From Candidatus Woesearchaeota archaeon (GTDB taxonomy: Archaea > Nanobdellota > Nanobdellia > Woesearchaeales > JAZDKJ01), in contig JAZDKJ010000006.1 in the NCBI GenBank assembly GCA_043803105.1, positions 364,222 through 428,221 of the forward strand: a DNA stretch of 64,000 bases. The letters run 5' to 3'. The stretch's first letter is position 1, and every line of letters starts with the position of its first letter. The position numbers and the translations under genes are program-made. Positions 8,205-16,195 of this stretch are shown piece by piece. The notes below the pieces were generated by a model. That model saw only the letters and a program-made list of their open reading frames with translations. It made no database searches and was not told where the DNA came from.

Positions 8205-10154
8205 TTATTTCTGCGGTTCGCTCGATGTCCAGTCCTGCTTGCACATGTTGTCGATTGCAGAGTATGCAAAGCTGCCCAGAGTATAGTCGAGAAGTTTCCA
8301 TGTCAAATCTCCTGCCAGGGCCTTGTTTGCCTGCTGTTGGGCTTCCCTCTCTGCTATTGCTTTTTGCTCGGCAGGGTCATTGTATGCTCCTGCAGTCTTC
8401 GCACTCAACACACTGGCGTATACTATTCCATCCGTACCGAGCACTGTTTTTTCCCCACTTAGTGCTATCCTTTCAGACCTGATTGGCCCACCCTCATCAA
8501 ATGTGTACTCTGTAACCATGGCCCCTGCTTGTGCAATATAGGTGCTTGATATTGCTCGTGTTGGAGGTGGAAAACTTTGTGGTGTACACACAGTGGGAGG
8601 AAATCCCTGCTTGACATATGCACCGTAAGGATACTCACTGTTAGGTTCTTGGTATTGGTAGTCCTGTTGTGCAAAATAGACTTGGGTGAGTGTAGGATCC
8701 TGCGCAGCTTGGCTGGCGCTTATGTCTATGATATTTATATCCGGATATATTGTGCTTTTCCAGCAGTTGCAGTTTGTATTGAAATGGTAAGAACCTTCTG
8801 ATGCTATGCTTGATATCTTCCCGTTATACCCGTTTTGGGTTAGGTCAGTTTGGAGTGTAAGATAGCTCATCCCTGATTTTAGGAGAGGGGTGTTGCCCCC
8901 AGCCACAATATAGTAACTGTATTTACCTTCCTTGTCAGTTGCAGATTGGCTATCAATTTTGCTTATTATTATCTGCCCCTTGTTCCCGTCAAAAACAACC
9001 CCTGCCTTCACATCATCAACCGTAACTGAAGGTTTGACTACCTGTCCGTTCTTCGCTACCCCATCATACATTTTGTCTCCATTCTTGTCAACCAATCTGT
9101 AATTATAGGGCACGGGTCTTCCAGACAACCTGTTCTTTATGTCCTCAAAGTGCAGGTCAGTGCATGTTGGTTCATTAAAGCTCGTTGACATCCAGTTCCA
9201 TGACTCTGTTACCTGTGATATCATTCCAGGAATGTTGGTGAGCTCCATCAATTTCAATACGCATTTTGGTATGGCTGCCTGCTTGATGATTTCTCCCAGC
9301 TGGCTTGCAAGGTATTTTGCCAGGATTGACATAAGTATCTTAGCCACAGTCTTTAGTATAGAACCTTTCCAGTACATGCACAGCGCTTCATCTAGTTGTT
9401 TCTCGCATGCCTCTGTTGATATTCCTGCGGTGCACGCCTGTTCGATGCAGCAATTATACACCTGGTAGATTGTCTTGAGCTTTCTTATGTTAAATAGTAT
9501 TGCAACTGGGCACAGGCAGTAAGTTGCAGTGTAGATGTTCTCATAAGGATTCAGGTGGAAATCTCCGATAGCCAGGTTTCCGTACCCTCCGCCTGTTGTT
9601 GTCTTTCCAACTCCAACCGTGTTGCTCAGGCTTTCAGAGTTCTGTCCTAGCACCGGCACGTTCTTCACTATTCCTCCGCATCCAAACTTTCCTGTGCACC
9701 AGCCGCAGCTTACAAGACAGCACAATCCCTGCACTACCGGCAATTTGTACACGCTAGACCATGCCTTAAACACTTTTTGCATTGCTATGCAAAGTTTGGT
9801 GCCAGTGAGTAGTCCAAGCAGGCAGCAGTCCCCTGCCTCGTCTCCTGAGAACCCTATTAAGCTTGATATTGCCGATAGCACGATGTCTATGGCGCTCATT
9901 ACAGTGCATATCATGAGCATTATTGACGCTACGCTCTCAAGCGTTCCTATTACTCCATTGTCAAGCGAGTCAGCTATGCCTGAGCTTTTCTTGTGCTTCT
10001 CAATGCACTGCTGTCCAGCCTCAAGGTCTGTTGTGCCAGTTTCCTCTGTTGCCTTACCAGTAACTGGATTTACCTCTGCAAATGCGATTGAAGTGCAAAA
10101 TGGGATGCTGATTATGAGAAAGATTAGGATTTTGGCTACTTGCTGTTTTATCAT
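8205..10154 (-). CDS. Cys-rich secreted/membrane protein, hypothetical
   Basis: 649-aa ORF with an N-terminal signal peptide (ILIFLIISIPFCTSIAFA-EV). Several hydrophobic helices and clustered Cys (DCCLLG, GLCCLVSCGWCTGKFGCGG, YNCCIEQAC). I recognise no family. Confidence 0.6.
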   Translation of the reverse strand: MIKQQVAKILIFLIISIPFCTSIAFAEVNPVTGKATEETGTTDLEAGQQCIEKHKKSSGIADSLDNGVIGTLESVASIMLMICTVMSAIDIVLSAISSLIGFSGDEAGDCCLLGLLTGTKLCIAMQKVFKAWSSVYKLPVVQGLCCLVSCGWCTGKFGCGGIVKNVPVLGQNSESLSNTVGVGKTTTGGGYGNLAIGDFHLNPYENIYTATYCLCPVAILFNIRKLKTIYQVYNCCIEQACTAGISTEACEKQLDEALCMYWKGSILKTVAKILMSILAKYLASQLGEIIKQAAIPKCVLKLMELTNIPGMISQVTESWNWMSTSFNEPTCTDLHFEDIKNRLSGRPVPYNYRLVDKNGDKMYDGVAKNGQVVKPSVTVDDVKAGVVFDGNKGQIIISKIDSQSATDKEGKYSYYIVAGGNTPLLKSGMSYLTLQTDLTQNGYNGKISSIASEGSYHFNTNCNCWKSTIYPDINIIDISASQAAQDPTLTQVYFAQQDYQYQEPNSEYPYGAYVKQGFPPTVCTPQSFPPPTRAISSTYIAQAGAMVTEYTFDEGGPIRSERIALSGEKTVLGTDGIVYASVLSAKTAGAYNDPAEQKAIAEREAQQQANKALAGDLTWKLLDYTLGSFAYSAIDNMCKQDWTSSEPQK

Positions 10155-10156
10155 TT

Positions 10157-12328
10157 CTAACTTACCTCTGGCGCAACAAACTGTGAATAATCGTTAACTG
10201 TGTAATCTACCTGTTTTGTCTTGCCGTCGCAGTTATCATCGACAGTGATCTTTCCGCTTAGCCTGCTGCCATCAATGACTGTCTCAGTGATGCTGTTTAC
10301 CTCAAGGTTCTGGTCTGAGAGGAAATCCACCATGCAGTAGAATTTTATTTTGCTGCCCCTTAGGCTGGTTGCTTTCCATCCAAAGTTCCCGTTGCCAATT
10401 ATCCAAGGTCCTTCGTAGTTGGAATGCGTCAAGGGATTGTTGTCAAAGTCCACTGTCACTGTGTTGTCTCCTTCTTTATAGGTTGAGGGCTTTATGACCA
10501 CGTTGCCTTTGGCCAGCATTCCCACCCGATAGTTTCCGCTTCCTATTATCATGCTCTTCATTGTTGGGTATAGGACAGTAGGGTTTGCAGACGCCCCGTT
10601 TATTGATATTGTTATCTCGTCTTTTGGCCTTGGCTGGTAGCGTGTTTCCTGCAACATTTCTTCAGGTGTTTTTCCGCAGCTGCTTCGTAAATATCCATTT
10701 GTCAGATAATAGTTCTCCAGGAATTTTCTTGCAAGCACAAGCTCCACTTCAATGCTGTAATTCTTCAGTTTCTCCAGTTTGTATTCGCTTTTTACAGCAT
10801 CAACAATCGTGCTGTAACCTGCCTTCTGCAACTTAAGCTGGAGCCCTGCGCATTTCGGCAGCTTTAAGGAGGCTCTGCCGCTGGAGGCTGTCTCTCCTGC
10901 ATCGCATTCGTTGATTGTGTTGTTGCATTGGAATCTGACACCAACTCCAGGCAATAATCCTGTTTCATTCGTTGTGACTACACTAGCCTGCGTGCTTACG
11001 TTGTTGCAGTCAAAGACACTTTTCATGGTCTCGCTTCCGAAAAATGCTGTCAGGTTCACTTCGCTATATGGATTCTGTCCAGTGCACTGCCTGTTCTGGT
11101 TTCCGCACAGGAAGAGTTGCATCGGGAAATAAAACGAGAAGCCCTGTTTTTCCTGCACCAAATTACCAATAATCTTGGCAGAATCGCTGTCTGTGATTTT
11201 TATCACCACAGGATGTGTCAAGAAGTACTTGAACCTGTAATCATAAATGCAGAAGCTTGGGAGGAATGGTATGCTTGTCTGCGATTCCTTGTCCGGGCTA
11301 ATCACGTTGCCGCTTGTGGGTTTGATGTCAAATTTGTTATCTGATTGTGCAGGGTAACTGAATTCTACGCTTATTGAGCTAAGATTTTCGAAATAATTCC
11401 TGATAAAGCTGTCATAAACTCCCTGGACTGAAGCGTCGTTTGAAATCACTCTTTCAAACTTTGTTCCGGCCATCTTTAGGTATGGAAAATTTTTTGAAAG
11501 TATGCCTTCAAGATTTTCCTTGACTTCATCTTTCGTCCATGTTACGTATTTGCAATCTGTGCTTGAGTCAGAGAAGCTGAACGGCGGAAGGTCTTTTGCT
11601 CCCTTTTCTGCCCCGGTATAGCTGTACAGAGAAATCAGTGACTTTGCGTGGTCTTCAAGATAAGTGTCTGCAAACTCTCTTGTGACTAATTCCATAGCTA
11701 TCTCATGGATCAGCGCCAGGTTTACATCCACCTGATAATTGTAGTTGTCCACTTCATACTGTTTTTCGTTCTGTGTGATCTGGATTGGCCAGTGAAGATC
11801 AATTGTTGCCTGTTTGCCGAACCTCACTGTGGTGTTTATTGTTCCAGTCTTGATAACATAACTTTTTTTTCTGAAGACCTCAAAGTCCGTGCATCTCGGC
11901 AGGTTTTCTGTGATGTATCTAGCTAGCTCATTTTGCATGTAATCTGTTGAAGGTACAGAAATCGAATCTTCGGTGATCCAGTAAGGGACCTTGTTCTTTC
12001 CTGTGGCGTCAATAACCTGAATCATGCTCCCAGTTTTAACCACAGTCCTATCGCCGCTTATGCCTGTTGTTTGTAGCTCGGTAGGAATGTATATGAACCC
12101 CGCCTGAAGCCCAAGGATTTCTATTCCTGAATTTGCATAATCACTTAGACACTGTTCCACATATGTCTTAACCTGTTGAGCAGGCTCTGCAAGTTGTAAT
12201 GCCCTTACCTGTTCGACCTGGATTGGCTGCTCTGTTGTTCTTGCCCAGCTAAAGTAGAAGATTGCCGCAGCTATCAGCATGATTATTCCGATGATTATGA
12301 ATATGGTTATCTGTCCTCTTTTTTCCAT
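10157..12328 (-). CDS. large extracellular protein with class III (type IV pilin-like) signal peptide
   Basis: 723-aa ORF. The N-terminus MEKRGQITIFIIIGIIMLIAAAIFYF matches the archaeal prepilin pattern: basic residues, G-Q cleavage site, then a hydrophobic helix. The rest is unrecognised. Confidence 0.6.
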   Translation of the reverse strand: MEKRGQITIFIIIGIIMLIAAAIFYFSWARTTEQPIQVEQVRALQLAEPAQQVKTYVEQCLSDYANSGIEILGLQAGFIYIPTELQTTGISGDRTVVKTGSMIQVIDATGKNKVPYWITEDSISVPSTDYMQNELARYITENLPRCTDFEVFRKKSYVIKTGTINTTVRFGKQATIDLHWPIQITQNEKQYEVDNYNYQVDVNLALIHEIAMELVTREFADTYLEDHAKSLISLYSYTGAEKGAKDLPPFSFSDSSTDCKYVTWTKDEVKENLEGILSKNFPYLKMAGTKFERVISNDASVQGVYDSFIRNYFENLSSISVEFSYPAQSDNKFDIKPTSGNVISPDKESQTSIPFLPSFCIYDYRFKYFLTHPVVIKITDSDSAKIIGNLVQEKQGFSFYFPMQLFLCGNQNRQCTGQNPYSEVNLTAFFGSETMKSVFDCNNVSTQASVVTTNETGLLPGVGVRFQCNNTINECDAGETASSGRASLKLPKCAGLQLKLQKAGYSTIVDAVKSEYKLEKLKNYSIEVELVLARKFLENYYLTNGYLRSSCGKTPEEMLQETRYQPRPKDEITISINGASANPTVLYPTMKSMIIGSGNYRVGMLAKGNVVIKPSTYKEGDNTVTVDFDNNPLTHSNYEGPWIIGNGNFGWKATSLRGSKIKFYCMVDFLSDQNLEVNSITETVIDGSRLSGKITVDDNCDGKTKQVDYTVNDYSQFVAPEVS

Positions 12329-13050
12329 ATGAACCTCTCTGTGTAATGAGCATAATAGTTTCGTGCCCAGCTGATTAGTGGCAGTGCTATCATAACCATC
12401 ACTAACAGCTTGAAGAACTGGTCTAATCTAGGGAGCACAAGAAATCGCAATATCACAACCATGAATCCTATCACCGCGTAGGGAACCACAAATTTATGGA
12501 ACCTGCATCCAGTCCAGAAAAGCGCCTTGATGGATTTTTTTATGCTCCGCGTTCTGGCATAAGAGAAAAGTATAATGGTGTTGAAGTGCAATGTAGCCAT
12601 CCCAATGATGACAAACAGGACATTATTATTCAGTTTGATTATTGAAAACAAGGCAATTACGATTGCGACACATAACAGGCCATAGTTGAGCAACGCCATT
12701 TGCCAGAAGTCTTTCAAGGAAAATCTCGTGCCAACCAGCCTGCTCCATATAATCCCTTTGAAGAGGCTAAACTCCGCTATTGCTGCCACAAAGAACAATC
12801 CTATCAAAATGAACAGCGTCGAAAGAAAACCTGCCAGCATATGTAACTGTTCCTGCGCATGGGCTGGGTCAATTGCTGCATTTAGGTTTACCGGCGTGGT
12901 TGCCCTGACTGTCAATGCCCACACAAGAAAGGTGCAGAATAGCGTAGCATAGAAAAGCAGGTCATAGCCATAGGCCACTAGAATCTTCTTGACTTCAAGA
13001 CTTTGCAGAAGAACCTTAAGTTCCTGCTTAAAATACCCTCTTTCAGTCAC
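12307..13050 (-). CDS. polytopic membrane protein, hypothetical
   Basis: 247-aa ORF with about 6 hydrophobic helices. Overlaps the next gene by 22 nt. Confidence 0.55.
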   Translation of the reverse strand: MTERGYFKQELKVLLQSLEVKKILVAYGYDLLFYATLFCTFLVWALTVRATTPVNLNAAIDPAHAQEQLHMLAGFLSTLFILIGLFFVAAIAEFSLFKGIIWSRLVGTRFSLKDFWQMALLNYGLLCVAIVIALFSIIKLNNNVLFVIIGMATLHFNTIILFSYARTRSIKKSIKALFWTGCRFHKFVVPYAVIGFMVVILRFLVLPRLDQFFKLLVMVMIALPLISWARNYYAHYTERFIWKKEDR

Positions 13051-13076
13051 AGATCTTTCTCAGACTGCAGCCCTAT

Positions 13077-13784
13077 TTATATCTTTTTATGGATGTCCTT
13101 TACCTTGCCGAAATCCAATATTTCTCCATCAGAGACCACATAGGCCTCAAAGTCCCGGATTTTATTGTATGGTCCTAACAAATCATCGCTTGTGATGTCA
13201 GTTCCGTAGCTGGCTGAGCTGAATGATGGCATCACTATCAAGTCTGCCTTGCCATATTTTCCCTTCAGAAAACACTTGTAAGTCTCTGCCCTGGCCCCTT
13301 CCCTGATGGTTATTGCAGGATGCATATGCCCGATTATTATTGTCTTTGCTTTCTTTGGAATCTTCTGCTCGACATGCCCATGCATGAGAAAGACATCATC
13401 TATCATTATGTTGTCCACTATCCGTACATTCTTTTTCTTTGCTATTGGTTCGAGTATGATGTCATGGTTGCCCTTGATTAGCGTGACTTTTGCTGACTTG
13501 CTTAAAAGATCAAGCACCTTCATTGTCTCTCTCCATTCCTGGCTAGACACCTCTCCAAATTCGTGCTTGACGTCGCCATTTATGATGATATGTTCTGGTT
13601 TTGTTTTTGCCATTATCTTTTCGAGTTGTTTCAATAATTCGCGGAGCTGAAACCTAGGTATGAAGAAGCCCTGCTTGTTCAATGCCTCCTCAAAGCCAAT
13701 GTGCAGGTCAGAAATGACCAGTGTCTTACATTTCTTAAGGTGCAAGGCAAGGTCGATTATCTCGATTCCAGGATGTATTTCCAT
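13077..13784 (-). CDS. metallophosphoesterase (archaeal SbcD-related/calcineurin-like)
   Basis: 235-aa ORF with the motifs ISDLHIG, INGDVKHEF, GNHD and MHGH. Confidence 0.8.
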   Translation of the reverse strand: MEIHPGIEIIDLALHLKKCKTLVISDLHIGFEEALNKQGFFIPRFQLRELLKQLEKIMAKTKPEHIIINGDVKHEFGEVSSQEWRETMKVLDLLSKSAKVTLIKGNHDIILEPIAKKKNVRIVDNIMIDDVFLMHGHVEQKIPKKAKTIIIGHMHPAITIREGARAETYKCFLKGKYGKADLIVMPSFSSASYGTDITSDDLLGPYNKIRDFEAYVVSDGEILDFGKVKDIHKKI

Positions 13785-13824
13785 GAGCTGTGCAAAACCA
13801 GGTGGCTATAAAAGCTTTAGTAAA

Positions 13825-13833
13825 AAATATAAA
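13825..13833 (+). promoter_or_regulatory. TATA box (AAATATAAA) 22 nt upstream of the MazG-like ATG
   Basis: Read directly. The spacing fits a leaderless start at 13856. Confidence 0.4.
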
Positions 13834-13855
13834 CCCTGATTGCCCGCCTTGTATT

Positions 13856-14212
13856 ATGAGAGAAACACAGGAGATAATAAAGAAATTCAATGATGAGCGG
13901 GCTTGGAGCACCCCACACAGCATCAAGGACCTGATGCTTAACATGAACGAGGAGATCGGCGAGTTCTGGACCTTGATAAAATAGGTTGACATCCCAACTC
14001 AGCAGAGGCTCATAAAAGAGAACAAAGCTGAGGTCGAGAATTTTGTTGGTGACATGATTTATCTCATCCTCAAGATAGCCTATCTTTGCGAAATAGATTC
14101 CAAAAAGGCCATTGATGATGTAATGCAGGAATATGAGATGCGCTTCCCAAAGGAGCAGACTAAGGGCAGGCACGGCAACAAGCTTGCAGGCGGCATCGAC
14201 CTTAAAGAATAA
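13856..14212 (+). pseudogene. MazG-like NTP pyrophosphohydrolase interrupted by one in-frame TAG (13982-13984)
   Basis: MRETQEIIKKFNDERAWSTPHSIKDLMLNMNEEIGEFWTLIK-TAG-VDIPTQQRLIKENKAEVENFVGDMIYLILKIAYLCEIDSKKAIDDVMQEYEMRFPKEQTKG... is one continuous frame. Both halves carry the EExGE and ExxD helices of the MazG fold. The total of 118 codons is the normal family size. Confidence 0.7.
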
Positions 14213-14214
14213 AT

Positions 14215-14346
14215 TTATTCCAGCACAAAGCCGCACTTCTTGCAGAACAATTCATCATTTTCAAAGACTACGCTGTCGCTTCCGCACTCAGGGCAGGTCT
14301 TCTCCTTGTCCTCGTTCTTCAAGTCATTAAGTGAGTGCTCATTCAT
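14215..14346 (-). CDS. stand-alone TFIIB/TFB-type zinc-ribbon protein (43 aa)
   Basis: Below the ORF-track size cutoff. Hand translation: MNEHSLNDLKNEDKEKTCPECGSDSVVFENDELFCKKCGFVLE. The start overlaps the upstream gene's stop (ATGA). Confidence 0.55.
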   Translation of the reverse strand: MNEHSLNDLKNEDKEKTCPECGSDSVVFENDELFCKKCGFVLE

Positions 14347-14516
14347 TGCTCTTCCTCTTCAAGCATTTTTTTAACCCTTCGTGCCTTTTCTTCGACTTTT
14401 TCCAGGAGCTCAAGGTCGCTGAAATTCTCTTTTGCACAGCTGTCGCAATAATAGTCAGAAGTGTCCTTTATCTGGAACTGGGCATCGGTGCCGCAGATGA
14501 TGCATTTCTTGGGCAT
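14343..14516 (-). CDS. small zinc-ribbon protein, hypothetical
   Basis: The ORF-track ORF is 14343..14612. The likely start is MPKKCIICGTDAQFQIKDTSDYYCDSCAKEN... at 14516, 22 nt downstream of a CTTTTTAAGC TATA box. Two CxxC pairs. Confidence 0.55.
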   Translation of the reverse strand: MPKKCIICGTDAQFQIKDTSDYYCDSCAKENFSDLELLEKVEEKARRVKKMLEEEEQ

Positions 14517-14586
14517 GAGATTCTTACAATGTTTGTGCTGCTTAAAAAGGTTTTGGTTTTGCTTTTGCGGTTTTAAGTCGACAGAA

Positions 14587-14862
14587 TCATTCAAGCCCAA
14601 AGGATTCGACAAACTCTGTGATCAGTTTGTACTTGTTCAGGTATTCGTATCCCTTTTCGGTTAGCGAGTAGGTTCTTCCGTCCTTTGTGGTGTGCTGTAC
14701 CATGAATCCTTTTCCCATGAGTTCAGTCAGGTACTCGTCCATCATGACATGGGAAAGGTTTGATTTGTAGAGTATGTGTGTGGGCTTTATTCTGCCGTCT
14801 CTCTCCCTTATGGCATTCAGGATGTCATGTATTACCTGAAGCCTGTCCCGCTTCTTGCTCAT
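14587..14862 (-). CDS. winged-helix DNA-binding protein
   Basis: 91-aa ORF: DRLQVIHDILNAI...KPTHILYKSNLSHVMMDEYLTELMGKGFMV...GRTYSLTEKG, a typical archaeal wHTH. Confidence 0.65.
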   Translation of the reverse strand: MSKKRDRLQVIHDILNAIRERDGRIKPTHILYKSNLSHVMMDEYLTELMGKGFMVQHTTKDGRTYSLTEKGYEYLNKYKLITEFVESFGLE

Positions 14863-15521
14863 TTTTTTACAATCAAAATAAGATCTATAAGTATCAAGAT
14901 ATATGCTATCATCTCAAGGCCGTGCGCGATGAAGTAAAAAACTGCGTGGTTGACCGAGAAAATAAAGTGTATGCTTCCAAACAGGAGGAATGTAAACGCA
15001 ACAAATACCATCAAGGTTTTTCCTTGCTTGTTTCCAAGAAAATTCATAAGGTAGTGTGATGTCACAAATATCAGAAGTATGCTTGAAATGATGTAGTATG
15101 CATACAGTTTGTTTGCACTGAGCAGAAGCGCAAAAAGGGAGAGCAGGAACACCAAATACCAGAGCTTCGGGCCTCTTGTTTTGAATGACATGTAGACAAG
15201 AGTGACAAGCGCTGTTATGAACAGTAGGATATGCGTGTAAATGCCCACAAAATTGAGAATTGCAACATTGTTCAGCTGTATGAGCCTTGAGATGCCTTCG
15301 TTTAGCTCGGTCATGACTGCGTAATTCATTGCAGATTGCACAAAATACGCAATTGAAAACAGCAAGAACGCTATTCCAAAAAGCCTGGATTGTTTTTGGT
15401 CGGAAAGCTTGTACACCTTAAAGGCAAAGATACTTACTGCCATGGTGATGATAGCAAAAGTGAACTGCAGCGCAACATCGTAACCAAGAAACCAGGCCGG
15501 TATTAGGTAAATATGAGGCAT
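14859..15521 (-). CDS. polytopic membrane protein, hypothetical
   Basis: 220-aa ORF with about 7 hydrophobic helices. 4-nt overlap with the wHTH gene. Confidence 0.55.
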   Translation of the reverse strand: MPHIYLIPAWFLGYDVALQFTFAIITMAVSIFAFKVYKLSDQKQSRLFGIAFLLFSIAYFVQSAMNYAVMTELNEGISRLIQLNNVAILNFVGIYTHILLFITALVTLVYMSFKTRGPKLWYLVFLLSLFALLLSANKLYAYYIISSILLIFVTSHYLMNFLGNKQGKTLMVFVAFTFLLFGSIHFIFSVNHAVFYFIAHGLEMIAYILILIDLILIVKK

Positions 15522-15658
15522 TTATCCTTGATAAACAGTCTGCCTTTTTTAAGGTTTATGGAACATTCTTTCAGAATAATCTTCAGTATAACTCTTTAAC
15601 AACGAATAAATAAAAGCCTTTGCTATTGATTTCTAACAGCTAAATGGAGGTGGGTGTA

Positions 15659-15778
15659 ATGAAAACCCGTCAAGACTATACGCATGAATTGAAGGCCAAG
15701 GAGGCAAGGATATCTGCATATGAGCCTGACTACATCAGGACAATTTATGACTTTGACTTTGAGGAGGTGCAAGCATGA
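15659..15778 (+). CDS. micro-ORF (39 aa), hypothetical
   Basis: GGAGGTG SD 6 nt upstream. MKTRQDYTHELKAKEARISAYEPDYIRTIYDFDFEEVQA. The stop overlaps the next ATG. Confidence 0.4.
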   Translation: MKTRQDYTHELKAKEARISAYEPDYIRTIYDFDFEEVQA

Positions 15779-15894
15779 GGGTCGAGGATTATGAGTTCCT
15801 GCTTGTGGGCGACATATACCATTGGCAGCTGGATGGGCAGGGCCGCATTATGATTATGGAGAACGTCAGCCAAAAGCCTGCTACGTCTTATTAA
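15775..15894 (+). CDS. micro-ORF (39 aa), hypothetical
   Basis: GAGGAGGTG SD upstream. MRVEDYEFLLVGDIYHWQLDGQGRIMIMENVSQKPATSY. Confidence 0.4.
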   Translation: MRVEDYEFLLVGDIYHWQLDGQGRIMIMENVSQKPATSY

Positions 15895-15964
15895 AATTTT
15901 ATTTTTATTGTTCAAACAAAGGCTTATCTATTTGATAAGGTCAAATTGTAGTTGAGGTGAAAAT

Positions 15965-16195
15965 ATGCCTATGATGTATGATTATGGTTACGGCCATGGA
16001 TGGGGATCCTTCGGAGCCTTTTGGATGATAGTCTTTTGGGCTGCATTGATTTGGTTTATTGTCTGGCTCGTAAGGAGGAGCGATTGGCACTCGATGCGCG
16101 GCACAGAATCCTTAGAGATTGTAAGGCAAAGATACGCAAAAGGAGATATAACCAAGAAGCAGTTTGATGAGATGAAAAAGGACCTTAATGGTTAA
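15965..16195 (+). CDS. SHOCT-domain small membrane protein
   Basis: 76-aa ORF with a Trp-rich TM helix followed by LEIVRQRYAKGDITKKQFDEMKKDL (SHOCT motif). GAGGTGA SD. Confidence 0.7.
   Translation: MPMMYDYGYGHGWGSFGAFWMIVFWAALIWFIVWLVRRSDWHSMRGTESLEIVRQRYAKGDITKKQFDEMKKDLNG

Noticed and set aside
13982-13984. Genome-wide reassignment of TAG as a sense codon.
   Set aside because: TAG terminates purD (47509-47511) and purM (58882-58884) at family-typical ends. aRF1 has canonical NIKS and GGQ motifs. No other in-frame TAG was seen in this window.
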